Shown in pieces: positions 11,102 to 23,558 of a stretch of DNA of 64,000 nt. Each line of letters begins with the position of its first letter. Within the stretch, counting starts at the first letter, position 1. Origin of the DNA: Podarcis erhardii (lineage: Eukaryota); NCBI GenBank assembly GCA_964252035.1, contig OZ176202.1; one strand, 5' to 3'. The position numbers and the translations under genes are program-made. The notes under the pieces are model-generated. The model made no database searches, was not told the origin of the DNA, and saw only the letters and a list, made by a program, of their open reading frames with translations.

Positions 11102-11749
11102 GTAAGAAGCACTTCCATGGGAGCTAAGAACCCAGATGGAGGTGAAGTCCACCACAAGCAATTGTACTTTTACTATAAATATTTTCTATAACCCTATAAC
11201 AAAGTCCTAAGGGTGACGTACATCTCCTACAGATTTTGGAAAACGGTTTGTCTGTTTGCTTGCTCTCCATAGGTTTGGCCGCCTCTCGTGATATTGTTGC
11301 CAAACTTGTTGTGAGGGTTTCTTAGGGGGTGTGTGATCTCCATTGATGTTTGGGTGCCAACCACACATTGGAAGCAAGATGGTGGACCAAAGCATTGATT
11401 TGGTGTGACTTAGCTTGTCTTATGACATACGTTTGGCCACTTCTTGATATATTATCACCAAACTCAGCATGAGCGTTCCCACAGTCAGGGTGGCAGACTA
11501 CTGCTGTTTGGTATTACATCTTCCATTTCTAAGTGTCTTCCAGTAGATGACCAGAACTTTTTAAAGTGTCCTCTCCTGACAATATAGATATGAGCAGAAG
11601 TGCCTATGCATCTTTATATACTGATTCTGATTCTGCCACTGAAAGTATACATAAGTTAGTAACATGCCACAGTATTATTTAGCATATATTTTTATTGTGG
11701 GTGGGTGGGCTTTTTTGTTAGTTGGAAGAATACCAGTAAAAAAACCCAC

Positions 11750-13936
11750 CAGAATTCTCATTGTTACAATGTATGAATAGCTATGGCTGAGATTTTAACA
11801 ATAGCTCTGCCTCTTCCATCACAGAGCAGAGCCAATAATTATTTTCGGAGCATACTATGTACAATTAAGCTGGAATTTTCAAGAAATACACTAAGGGAAA
11901 AAAATGTGACATGACATGAAGTGCAACATAAAGTTGTTCAATGAAACATAATTGCACCAATTACATTTAAAATATTTATTTACTTGCCAAGAAAGAAACA
12001 AGATTTAAAAAGGCTGATTATCCAAAGTGACACCACAAAACACTTTTACTTGATCTTACTGAAAAAGAAATTACAACAAGTTAACACTATGAGCAGATGA
12101 AAAGAAGCTTCAAATTTTGAATTAAAATACTAGCTAGATGAAACATGAAATTTTCATAGGCTTTGCTATTCATCTGTACAGCAGTAATATTTAAACACCA
12201 CCCATAAGCCTTGTGAGCAAAGCCAGACTGCCTTTTCCAGACTTGCCAGGATGCTAAAAATTTTTGAAAATTCTGAAGGGAGAGTTCCTTGTTTCTTTAA
12301 ATCAGGACAGATTTACATTTGGGGTTTTTTGTTTGCTGGCGTGAAATGTATCCAGCATCATAGACTAGCAGAAATAATGGCAGAATGATCAGTTTCCTCT
12401 ATAGCCATCAGCACTGGGGCGAAGGGGTCAGAACCTACTGTGCAACCATCTAAAGAGCCAGAACATGTTCCTGGCTCTAAGCCTGATGTTGGTGATCAAG
12501 ACAATCTGAGGTCTGAGGGCAGGAGCCTGCTGAACCAGTTTTAACACACCAAAGCCCATACAATTGGAGCTAGGGCCCTCTAAAGCGCCTTTTCCCAGGC
12601 CCAAGGAACTAAGTTCCCCCCACATTTCTGTGCCAATACATCAGGGTAGGAAGGAGGCTATGAAAAAATGGAAGAGCACCATGTTCAAGCCAGAGGGTTG
12701 TCCTTATTTCTTTATATCTGTCCTGGGATGACTTATAGTTAACCATTCAGTTGCTGTTCATCATATTCTTCCAATGAAAATATCATTATTTACAAAATTT
12801 CTTTGTTGTTGTTGTTTAGTCGTTGAGTCGTGTCCGACTCTTCATGACCCTATGGACCAGAGCATGCCAGGCACTCCTGTCTTCCACTGCCTCCCGCAGT
12901 TTGGTCAAACTCATGCTGGTAGCTTCGAGAACACTGTCCAACCATCTCGTCCTCTGTCGTCCCCTTCTCCTTGTGCCCTCCATCTTTCCCAACATCAGGG
13001 TCTTTTCCAGGGAGTCTTCTCTTCTCATGAGGAGGCCAAAGTATAGGAGCCTCAGCTTCAGGATCTGTCCTTCCAGTGAGCAATCAGGGCTGATTTCCTT
13101 AAGAATGGATAGGTTTGATCTTCTTACAGTCCATGGGACTCTCAAGAGTCTCCTCCAGCACCATAATCTTGTCTCTATTGTTCCCTATACAGGAGCACTC
13201 CTGTACCCAATGCCCATGCTTAGATCATTTTGCTGTTTTGGTTAGCATGTTAATATTATATCAGCTACACCCATCTATAGGGCTGTGGTTGCATTCATTT
13301 GAATTACTGTAGATTCCTCCAAACCATTCATGTTCCAGAAAGACATGAAAAATCATGCTAGCAAATAGAAGGATAAAATGACTCATGTGAACTTCCTATT
13401 TCATATTTGTATGCATTAGAGCGCACTTTGCCAGACATACAAGCTAGATAAGGAAGTATTGGTGAAGAACCACTGATGTAGTATGTGCTAAATTCAAATT
13501 TCATGGGAATATTTAAAACCACTTGAAAGTAAAGCAGATGATGAAAATATCTAGGGACAAATGAATACCTCACTCTTAATTTTCTAAAGTATAATTCAGA
13601 GTCTGGAACACATACAGCCACATTTTGAAGAAAATATTTACACTATGAACAATTCACCATTTTAAAAAATGGCAGATAGTCTGTGCTATTGTTACAGTTA
13701 TATTCCTATTTGTTTTATCAATGGGCTGTGGATTTATTTTGGTAATTCCTATTAATGTTAGAATAAATCCCCTGCTCACTGTTGGGAGACTAAACCCTTT
13801 CATCTTCAGTATGTAAATTTTCATGCTTATAATTTTGAAAAATATCCAGACTTCCTCCATTGATGATAGAGTGAAATGCTGTCTGGTATTGTAGCCACAC
13901 CTATCTGTGCTTTTGCTCTTTATTAATTATACAGTC
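11750..13936 (-). pseudogene. Cluster of exon-like segments (13936-13658, 13521-13441, 11890-11750): relic gene or lncRNA
   Basis: Each is bounded by AG and GT and has length divisible by 3; the 81-nt exon is open (VLNIPMKFEFSTYYISGSSPILPYLA); the other two carry in-frame stops. Confidence 0.2.
12803..13167 (-). mobile_element. Bov-B LINE 3' fragment
   Basis: Minus-strand ORF RVPWTVRRSNLSILKEI..HRVMKSRTRLND and (CAA)n tail. Confidence 0.95.
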
Positions 13937-15011
13937 CTGAAATGAAATGGTCACAGACAATTCACAGGAAAGTGCTGAAATTTTTACTCTCACTTATAAA
14001 TTAAATGATGTAATTAAATCCCACTTTTTCCATGGTTTTAGAATTCAGTTATCTGTGGTCTGAAATGATAGGAAATGTTTGGCGCATAAAACTCAGAAGA
14101 ACCCTTATTTTTTTTCATAAATAAAAGTTTTTTATGGTAAGAAAGCATAGTAATTATATATGGTTCTTTATAAAACATAATTATTTAGAGTATAGTCCAG
14201 TTCTACAGAATACTAAAGATATGTGCTTTGACATAATTATATCCTATAAACGCCTTTCTTCTACAATATAGCATGATTTCATCTACACCATAATTTTCCC
14301 TCTCATGTAAATAGTTTCTTTTTGCTACATTTTCCTTTCATGCACAGTGTGAAGCTTGAGTAACACCATTAACTTCTTTGAAAGCACCCTTCATTTATAG
14401 TGTAAATTCTGCATAGTGTCAACTCAGGATGCAACAATGGTATATAAGTGGTGAGTTTCAGCTCCGATCTTGCAGTCTTGCAACTTCAAAAACTTTTATA
14501 TATATATATTGAATTGTAGATTGAAAATTTGCAGCAGGCTTAACTACTGAGTTTCGGGAGCACAGGCAAACAGCAATGCCCCCGTCCATGCATATACGCA
14601 ATGCTGCGTCATGTTCTCAGCTGAGACCAAGTGGAAGGAGCACGTTTTATAGGCGAGTCCATTGCCTCTGTTATTACAACAAGGTGGTCTGGAGGAGAGT
14701 TTAGCTTAGGGGCTGTTCTTGAGCCTATTCATACTCCAACACTGGATAGCAAGGCCGTAGCTTGAACATCATATCACCTTCTGTTTAGTAAAAGCAGAAA
14801 ACCGACATGACTTCTCAGTGGAATGTAAAAAGGGGATATACACCATAGAATGAACCAAAACTTATTTCCAGTAGAAAAGCATTGACAAGAAAAGCCTCAG
14901 GTGATGATTTCATGGTCTAGGTTGGTCCATGTGGTCAGTCAAAGGAGTAGTCTATTAGGTTTCTTGGGCCCAAAACCACCAGGACTTTATGCCAAAATAA
15001 GTACAGTGGTA

Positions 15012-15357
15012 AAGGTAAAGGGACCCCTGACCATTAGGTCCAGTCGTGGCCGACTCTGGGGTTGCGGCGCTCATCTCGCTTTATTGGCCAAGGGAGCCGG
15101 CGTACAGCTTCCGCGTCATGTGGCCAGCATGACTAAGCCGCTTCTGGCGAACCAGAGCAGCGCACGGAAACACCGTTTACCTTCCTGCCAGAGCGGTACC
15201 TATTTATCTACTTGCACTGCCGTGCTTTCGAACTGCTAGGTGGGCAGGAGCAGGGACTGAGCAACGGGAGCTCACCCCGTCATGGGGATTCGAACTGCTG
15301 ACCTTCTGATTGCAAGTCCTAGGCTCTGTGGTTTAACCCACAGCACCACCCGTGTCC
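15012..15357 (-). mobile_element. Sauria SINE
   Basis: Reverse-complement head, B box and (ACCTTT)n tail; 12-bp TSD agtacagtggta at 15000-15011 and 15358-15369. Confidence 0.93.
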
Positions 15358-15361
15358 AGTA

Positions 15362-15706
15362 CAGTGGTACCTTGGTTCTCAAACTTAATCCTTTCTGGAA
15401 GTCCGTACCAAAAGCAAAGCATTCCAAAAACAAGGCGTGCTTTCCCATAGAAAGTAATACAAAATGGATTAATCCATTCCAGTCTTTTAAAAACAACCCC
15501 TAAAACAGCAATTTAACATGAATTTTACTATCTAATGAGACCATTGATCCATAAAATGAAAGCAATAATCAATGTACTGTACTATAAAATAAATAAGACA
15601 GTATTGTAGGTGATAAAAATTAATATTTTTTTTCTTACCTGCACTGATGATAGACATTGTTTTGACGGGGGCTTTTATCCATTTCCGCAGTCACAAAATC
15701 AGTCAG

Positions 15707-15741
<35 letters not shown>

Positions 15742-16116
15742 GTAGCTGAACTGGGTTCCACACAGTCACAAAAACAAATTAACCAAAAAAGCTTCAAAAA
15801 CAAAAAAGCAAAATAAATAGCAAAAATAAAAGTGCCAAACTTAATCAGTTTTGGAAGTCTGTTTGACTTCCAAAACAGATTAAGTTTGGCACTTTTATTT
15901 TTGCTATTTATTTTGCTATTTATTTTGGAAGTCTGTTTTAGTTCCAAAATGTTCAAAAACCAAAGCACAGCTTCTGATTGGTGCAGGCGCCTCGGAAACA
16001 ATAGCTGAGAGCCACATTGGATGTTCGGCTTCTGATAAACGTTTGAAAACCGGAACACTTACTTCCGGGTTTTCGGCGTTTGGGAACCAAGGCATTTGAG
16101 AACCAAGGTACCACTG
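15362..16116. mobile_element. Non-autonomous pogo/Tigger-like DNA transposon, 755 bp
   Basis: 22-bp TIR cagtggtaccttggttctcaaa at both ends, TA flanks at 15360-15361 and 16117-16118; internal (TCAA)n tract and a 52-bp inverted repeat. Confidence 0.88.
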
Positions 16117-17256
16117 TACCTTGATTTACTGCCCTGAGACAATTGGAAGTTGGTACAGAAGCAGAAGCTTCTGTATATTCTTCAGGGATATCCCTCCTTT
16201 ATGGTAATCTTGGCTCTGCATTGTTAAGTGTGTATGTATCATTTTATTTGAGCTTAGATCCCTGTGGAGTGTAGAACCTGATCCTGTTTGTTCAGAAGTA
16301 CATTTTGTTCAGCAGACTTAACAACTAAGCACAGCATTGTAGCCTTAGACACCTTTTCTCAAGGAGTGATTAAACATTTTAGAAGTTCTTTTGCAAGCTT
16401 CTTGGAACACAATCCTATTTCCTCCCTATCTATTCTCATGCCCTCTCCCTGGCACCACATCCCTATAGCAGTTTTCCTGTTGATTTCATTAAAGGACCGG
16501 TGACTTCCAAATCTTCTTGAAAAGCACTTTTTTCATAGCTAAGCTTTTAATGGCTTACTAGAAACCACTAAATAGAATAGGATTTTATATTTATGTAAGC
16601 ACATGATTTTGCTTACAGATAGTTAGCTGATTGTTCTCATAAAACATAGGTGAACTGCTTGTTGACATGAAATTGCTTCTTGCTGGAAGCAACAACACCA
16701 CTGGAGTGTGTTCACATTTTTTGGTAATGTCATTTGTTAACAATGAATTTTAACAATAATGGGCATTACAATTGTAGTCATTTATGACTTTCACAATGAG
16801 ACCAGGAACAAGGCACTTTGTTCTAGGAAAATGTCAAAAGCTATAAATAAACTAAATAAAATTAGCACAATGAACACCTAGCAATGTCAGCCTTTGAAAC
16901 AAATACATGAATGTTAAATAAATATTCAGAATATTTGTTGAAAAGAGAAAAATGGAGACACAAGGATAAGTCAATAAAACCTACGTCTAGATTCGTTTTG
17001 ACTTTATTGAATGATATCTAGTGGTGTCAGTGAAATGGACTTCCACTCGTGCAACAGGACTTCTCCTTCCTAGTCTTCCCTCTGCGGTCATCCATGTGCC
17101 CTCCAGGACTGGGATGCACGTTCCTCAAGGCCTGTTGGAGATTATGCATAATGGCAGAGAAACACTCACAATTCCCTTTTCTTGGACAGTTTATTTCCAC
17201 ATTCTCCATGAATGTGAACAGTGGCCAGTTGTTATGCACATTAACCACTTAACTTA

Positions 17257-17585
17257 GGCAAAGGTAAAGGGACCCCTGACCATTAGGTCCAGTCGTGACC
17301 GACTCTGGGGTTGCGGCGCTAATCTCACTTTATTGGCCGAGGGAGCCGGCATACAGCTTCCGGGTCATGTGGCTAGCATGACTAAGCCACTTCTGGCGAA
17401 CCAGAGCAGCACATGGAAACGCTGTTTACCTTCCCACCAGAGCGGTACCTATTTATCTACTTGCACTTTGACATGCTTTCGAACTGCTAGGTTGGCAGGA
17501 GCAGGGACGGAGCACCCCGTCGTGGGGATTTGAACCGCTGACCTTCTGATTGGCAAGTCCTAGGCTCTGTGGTTTAACCCACAGC
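17257..17585 (-). mobile_element. Sauria SINE, slightly 5'-truncated
   Basis: Sauria body and tail; perfect 14-bp TSD aaccacttaactta at 17243-17256 and 17586-17599. Confidence 0.93.
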
Positions 17586-18770
17586 AACCACTTAACTTAC
17601 ATTACTCCTAACATATATTTTAAAGGTGTAAGCCCAGAATTGCCACTTGAATAATTCTAATTAGATAGTTAGGACCAATCCCAGCTTTATTGGGAGTGTA
17701 CCTGGACACTGATTGAACATTTTGTTTGGCAGGTGCAGTGGTCCTTTTCATGAGCTGATTTACTACAGCAGATGTTTTGCTGCCTTCATGCCTTATGTGT
17801 GGGCATCTCAGAGATGACTACGTAGATCCTTGGTTTCATCCAGAGGGCTGTTATGGTGTTAATCTGTGCTGAGCCTAGTCTTCACAAAATGCAGAAGAAA
17901 ATATACATTGCCTTGGTCGGGACATCTTCAATCTAGATATATGATCTAAAAAGTATTCTAAGGAGTTAGGTGTACCATCTCTAATTTACAAAACTAAAGT
18001 AAAGAGAAATGAATCACTTATAAATTGGCTTCTGGCTAATCAACATTATGGGGCAGAGAATGGACAATAAAATAATCATTACTAAGTCACTGTGCTCAAC
18101 AATCTGCAGGTTACATGCATGTGATCTGATGTGCATTTGTACAAGAGTGGTTTTAGCAAAATATCAGGATATTATTTTGCCCTAAATGTTGAGCTAATTC
18201 AGTTGCTGCAAAAGCAATATAAAAACCAAAGCAGGTGCTAATCAGGGATCTCAGGATCTGCTCATACATTTTCTTTTCATAAGAGCATCGTGTTTGTCAC
18301 ACTAGATCAGAGCAGCAGTCTGTCAAGCTGAGTATCCTGCCTCCAGCACTGCCCAACACCTGATGCTATGGAGAAAAGCAGAAACCTTTGTGCAATGCTT
18401 TGTGCAACGCAGACAATTGTGCAATGCTTACATATGGGGAATACCTTCCTTACCCCTACAGCACATTGCTTATGCCCTGAGGCATAGGATTTGATTTCCT
18501 CTGGTAGCATGAAGGACTACAAATGCTATTAGAGGATGGACTCTAATTTAAAGCTTAAAATCTGCAGATGAACTTCTTTTGATCTTTTGAATTGTACATA
18601 TCCAGATTTAGATGCGGAGTAATCCATTTTGTTCAAGCTGCAGTTATTGATCATTAAGTTCTCTAGATCTTTAAAAGAAACATGCATAATATTTTATTAA
18701 CGGGGTGAATTTATATCTAGTATAAATTAAACAGTACTCAACAAGCCATATGTCCCCTTGTCTGCTTTCT

Positions 18771-18947
18771 TTGTAAGAGTTATATTTGTAAGAGTTATAT
18801 TTTATCTTTGTAAGAGTTAAATTTTATATATTTATATATAACTCTTTGTAAGAGTTATATATTATCTTTGTAAGAGTTATATTTTATGTATATTTTGATA
18901 TGTTTTATTCTTACTATAGAAGAAATGTTTTATTCTTACTATAGAAG
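18771..18947. repeat. Complex local repeat cluster
   Basis: ttgtaagagtta x5 (18771, 18786, 18808, 18846, 18868), an inverted copy tatataactctt near 18835, then tgttttattcttactatagaag x2 (18901, 18926). Confidence 0.85.
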
Positions 18948-20291
18948 TCAGGGAGTTTCAAAAAGACTTCCACAGTTACAGATTTTTTGTTGTTGAACAC
19001 AAGTTTTTAAAATGAATTAATCTAATACTGAAAACCCATAACTTGTACTTGCGCAAAATGACCGTGAAATGAATGGGATGGTACATTGCTGTTTTTAGCA
19101 TTGAGGCATGACTTAACACTATTGCTCTGGAATAGTCTTTCTGCAAAAAGTGATTGGGATATGTTACTACAGTCATTGATGCATCTTGCGATAGGGGGTA
19201 GGTAGGGGAAGTTTTCATATATTTTAAATTGAACGTGGTTGTACTAAGCATTATTTTTATTTGTATGTGTGGCTTGCATTCGATAACCGTAGTAAAGCAA
19301 ATTGATTTCTCTAGCTCCTGTTGTGAGGGGACTCATAATGAAATGTAGGTGACTCAGCTAATTCACAAAATACCACAGGGTTCACACTATGTTTTGCTTC
19401 AATTCAACAATCATTCCCGCCCCCCGCCCCCCGGCTAAGAATTGTCATTTTGGTAATTTTAGAATATTCCATCAGTCCAGCAATTCCTAATTAAGCAATT
19501 TTTTTTTATTGATACAACTATTTAAGCAATTCTTAGAAGCTGTTATATTTCTTCTTTGGGGACTGAATGAGTACCCTTGCTATTTTTTCTTTCATCCCGA
19601 TTCTTCTGTACCCCTCCCACCTGCCCTAGTACCTAGTCACATCATCTTGGCAGCAGGAATGCAGAGGAAAAGTATATGCTTAGTCAATTAAGAGCATTCC
19701 GAGCATATAATATGAATCATCCCCTCCTGTACATGCAGTTCTGTGCACATACTGAACAGCAGACATGGGAGGGGTTTCTAGTAACCCTTTCATGAAATGG
19801 ATCCTCAAAAATCCACAGTGCACAAGAGACTGTTCACTATTCTTTTCCATTCCTACTTGTACTGGCTCAGGCTCTCCAGCAATGAACACACACCCTTAAA
19901 CATGGACACATTTGATTGGATGCCCAGACTGGACACTCACTCTCCCATTAGATCTGAACAAAGGAGAGGTGAAAGGAGCTCCTCTCTGTGAGTGTGTAGT
20001 GGTGACTGAAGTGGGGGTCTTTTCCTCCAGTGATGGGGTGGGGGCGCATACTCACATGATTTCAAGCTTTAAAAGCTGGACAACCCCTACATGGGATACT
20101 CTTCACAAACGTGTAGCCAAACAGCCTGCAGATCTCCAGTTGCCCAGTCTTGTTACAGCACAGTTTTTCGAATGTGGATGTTTCTCCAGCTACTCTTCTG
20201 TGATGTGACTTTTCACCAGTGCTTACCATCAACACTGGTGCATTTGTTTACTCACAGCCTCTTAGGCATGAAATTGGAATGATGTAGCTCT

Positions 20292-20548
20292 TGAAGCTGA
20301 GGCTCCAATACTTTGGCCACCTCATGAGAAGAGAAGACTCCCTGAAAAAGACCCCGATGTTGGGAAAGATGGAGGGCACAAGGAGAAGGGGACGACAGAG
20401 GACAAGATGGTTGGACAGTGTTCTCGAAGCTACCAGCATGAGTTTGACCAAACTGCGGGAGGCAGTGGAAGACAGGAGTGCCTGGCGTGCTCTGGTCCAT
20501 GGGGTCACGAAGAGTTGGACATGACTAAATGACTAAACAACAACAACA
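20292..20548 (+). mobile_element. Bov-B LINE 3' fragment
   Basis: ORF KLRLQYFGHLMRREDSLKKTPMLGKMEG.. and (CAA)n tail. Confidence 0.95.
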
Positions 20549-20661
20549 GCACCTCCTACTAGGCCAATTTGGTCCCTCCAGTTGCTGCTGGACTCCAACT
20601 CCCATTAGCCTTAGCCAGTCTGGTCAAGGGTCAGGGATGATGGAGTTGTAGTCCAACAACA

Positions 20662-21120
20662 TGTTAGAATAAGTGTGTGAAACTGAGAGAAGATTCATGA
20701 AGATTCTCGAAGCATCGAAGTGCAGGATTGTTTAGTTTACAGATGCAAATGTAGTCTATAAAAGGTGTGGAGCTCTTCTCACTGAACATGCACAATTCCT
20801 ACAATTGTGAGCTGTGTGTGTGTGCAGTCAGGTCTGAGCTCTTTTACAGGCAACATGCAGACCTGATGTGTGCCTTACTATCTGTGCGGTAGTAAAGTTG
20901 TAAATATTCTTTTACCGACACGATTGTTTATTACCTTTCAAGTAAACAATGCTTGACTGAGTTTCATTGCTTCCATGAGTGATTTATTGCCATCGTCTGT
21001 GCGCAACTTGATCCTTCGACGCGATTGCTACTCTGCTAAACTAGGGAACTGGCACACGCATGAGGAAGTGTGCTGGACCACCCTCATGATTTACGACTGG
21101 AGATCGTAAAATATACAACA
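20662..21120 (+). mobile_element. Solo LTR, 459 bp (family unassigned; BEL/Pao, Gypsy or Copia type)
   Basis: TGTT..AACA termini, 5-bp TSD caaca/caata, TATAAAAG near 20757, CpG-retaining; interrupts the right arm of a hairpin MITE (..gtagtccaacaaca|LTR|caata-tct). Confidence 0.7.
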
Positions 21121-23143
21121 CAATATCTTTGCTTTGTCATTCTGCTTCATGTGTTGAGTATGTTTTCCACTGTAGGTTCATAGGCATGCTTCTCATTGTA
21201 TGAAGAAAGACCCTCATGTATAATGTGGTCCTGAAGCAGAAATATATCGTATCAAACAACCTTCATATCTATACAATTTTTCATTCCAGAGGAGCTATCC
21301 ATGGTGCTTAGGTTAGACATAAGGCAAATAAATATCACACAAATCCTTTTCTATTTGTTTGGTTCCTCCACCACCATAACTATGCTGCAGTACTGTGTAT
21401 TATGGAAATATTTACACTTAATTTAATTTTTTTTTTTTTAAATTATGGCATTTGTATGCCACCCCATAATGTAAGTTTTCTGGGCAACCTAAAATAGATA
21501 GCTAGATAGATTTTTTTTTTTAATAGCCAACAATTAAAATACAAAACACCCCTTTGGGTTAAGTATTGGTTCAGATTGTGTGGAGGATTTTGCATGTGTA
21601 AATGAATTCAAAGTCTGCTCTCTTTGATGACCAAAGAATGTACACGAAAGAGACTGGAGAGTTTTTATTTATTTTTCTATGCCCGTACCCCATTCTTTCT
21701 ATATAAAAAAAGAAAACTCAGGACAGTTTACATGGGGCTCCTGGTGATCACTTGTTTACACTGTGACATGCTCACCTTCAACACTGGATGTTCCCACCAT
21801 TGTACTTTGCTAGTCTGTATAAGAAAAAAAAATGTTTTATTACATACTCTGCTAATTTGGGAGGTAGAGCAAAGTTTTGGGGGTAGAGTTTTTGTTTGAT
21901 TTTTTTTGTTGTTGCTTGAAGTTAAAGGACGTTGGATAACACAGCTTGTGAAGATTGTCTACTTTGCTCACCTGTTCCTTGTTTTAAACAAATCTGGCAT
22001 GGTACTAAACTAGGTACACCACTGTTCAGAATCAGTAGTGGTCAGTACTTGGACTGGGAGCTGTAGGGATACCAAGCTAGGATTCATCCTGTGTATCACC
22101 ACCGAGCTCTGGCCAAAAGAAGAGATTCAAGCAGACCAGCATCACCAGCCCAGGAAGCCTCACTTTAGCAGCAGGAGAGTGCAAGGCCATGTGATAACTC
22201 AATGAGTCCTATAAAAGCCTTCAGGGAGGCTGGCTCTTGCTAACTGCAAACCACTTTTGCCTTGCATTACCCTGCTCTCGGTTTCACAGGAGCTGGGGCT
22301 GACAGCATATCAGTTTCTGAATTTGTTAAAATATTCTCTTAGTGCTGGCCCAAGTGGCAGATAGTTTATATCTGCAGTCACTTATTGGGGGGGGGGAACC
22401 CACCCTCTATAGAATATGTTTGTGGCATGCTTCACCTTTCCTAAAGTGGGTAGAGGAGAGAACAAAAGATTAGTCATAATCATTTGCAAGAGATTTCCTG
22501 GAACAGTTATGCTGCAGACATTGACTACCGCTCACTCAAAAATGATACAATACCTACCCCGGATGATGAGTGTTTGGTTTTTAAAGGAACAGCATGATAG
22601 CACTTGGTGCTTCACTCTAGCCCACTAGCAAATAGGTCAGACCAGACTATGATGACAAATATGTCCGACCACAAATGTTGGGTATATTACCTCTCCCTTC
22701 CTTAGTGTGTAATCAAATTTTAAAGGTTGTGTATCAGTATTTTATAATCTTCTGTAGGTCTAACATAACTAAATAACATGGTGTCAGATATCATAGGATT
22801 TTGCTTAACACCACAACGATCTTGTTTGCTTTTAAGCATCCTTCTACATTTTGTCATGAGTAACAAATGGTGTGTCACAGCCTTTTTTCTGCAGTATAAA
22901 GCAGTGGTGGAAAAACTGAAAACCGCTGCTGCCAGCGGGGTGGCCTAAGACAAACTGGCTCCTGGCTCCAAAAAAACAAAAAGGGTAAATAAAAAATTCT
23001 ATCCATATTTTTTTTGGTTAAGAAACATGTATAGAAAACTTCATTCATTTCCAGACTTTCCAAGTTTTGCCTGGCAATTGCTCCCTGTGGCTGGCAAGCA
23101 GTAAAACAAAACAGAGTGGCAAATGGGTGTGTCCAAGGACTAG

Positions 23144-23174
<31 letters not shown>

Positions 23175-23310
23175 TATATGCCACCCATCTGACTGGGTTG
23201 CCCCAGCCATTCTGGGCAGTTCCCAGCAAAGTATTAAAAGCACAATAAAACCTCAAACATTAAAAACCTCCAGGTACAGGGCAGTCTTCAGATGTCTCCT
23301 AAAAGTCTGG
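23144..23310 (-). mobile_element. L2-type LINE 3' end with (CAA)n tail
   Basis: Homologous to 47165-47459 (atatgccacccatctg..ccagccattctgggcagttccc..cttcagatgtct). Confidence 0.7.
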
Positions 23311-23558
23311 TGGGGACATGTCTCCTAGTGTTTGCTTAAAGTTTTGGGGTGTTGTTGTTGTGTGTGTTTTAAAGTCAGGTTGCCTCTTCTGGGGCAGCTC
23401 TACTCCCAGTCCCATCCATAAGAAAGGTTGGTGAGTGCTGATAAGGGGCTTCTCAGATTTTGCCTTGACTCTCTGAAAACCATTGCCCATGGGTTCTCAT
23501 GTGAGCCCACCATATATTTAGGGGAAAGTGCAATTTTAGAAGGATTTATAATCTGGGG

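Noticed and set aside
14901-15239. ORFs overlapping Sauria SINEs (also 3803, 17333, 38810, 54373, 58739, 60743)
   Set aside because: Incidental open frames of a GC-rich non-coding SINE, repeated at each copy
18771-18880. CRISPR-like repeat-spacer array
   Set aside because: Vertebrate DNA; repeats are only 12 bp with irregular, self-similar spacers
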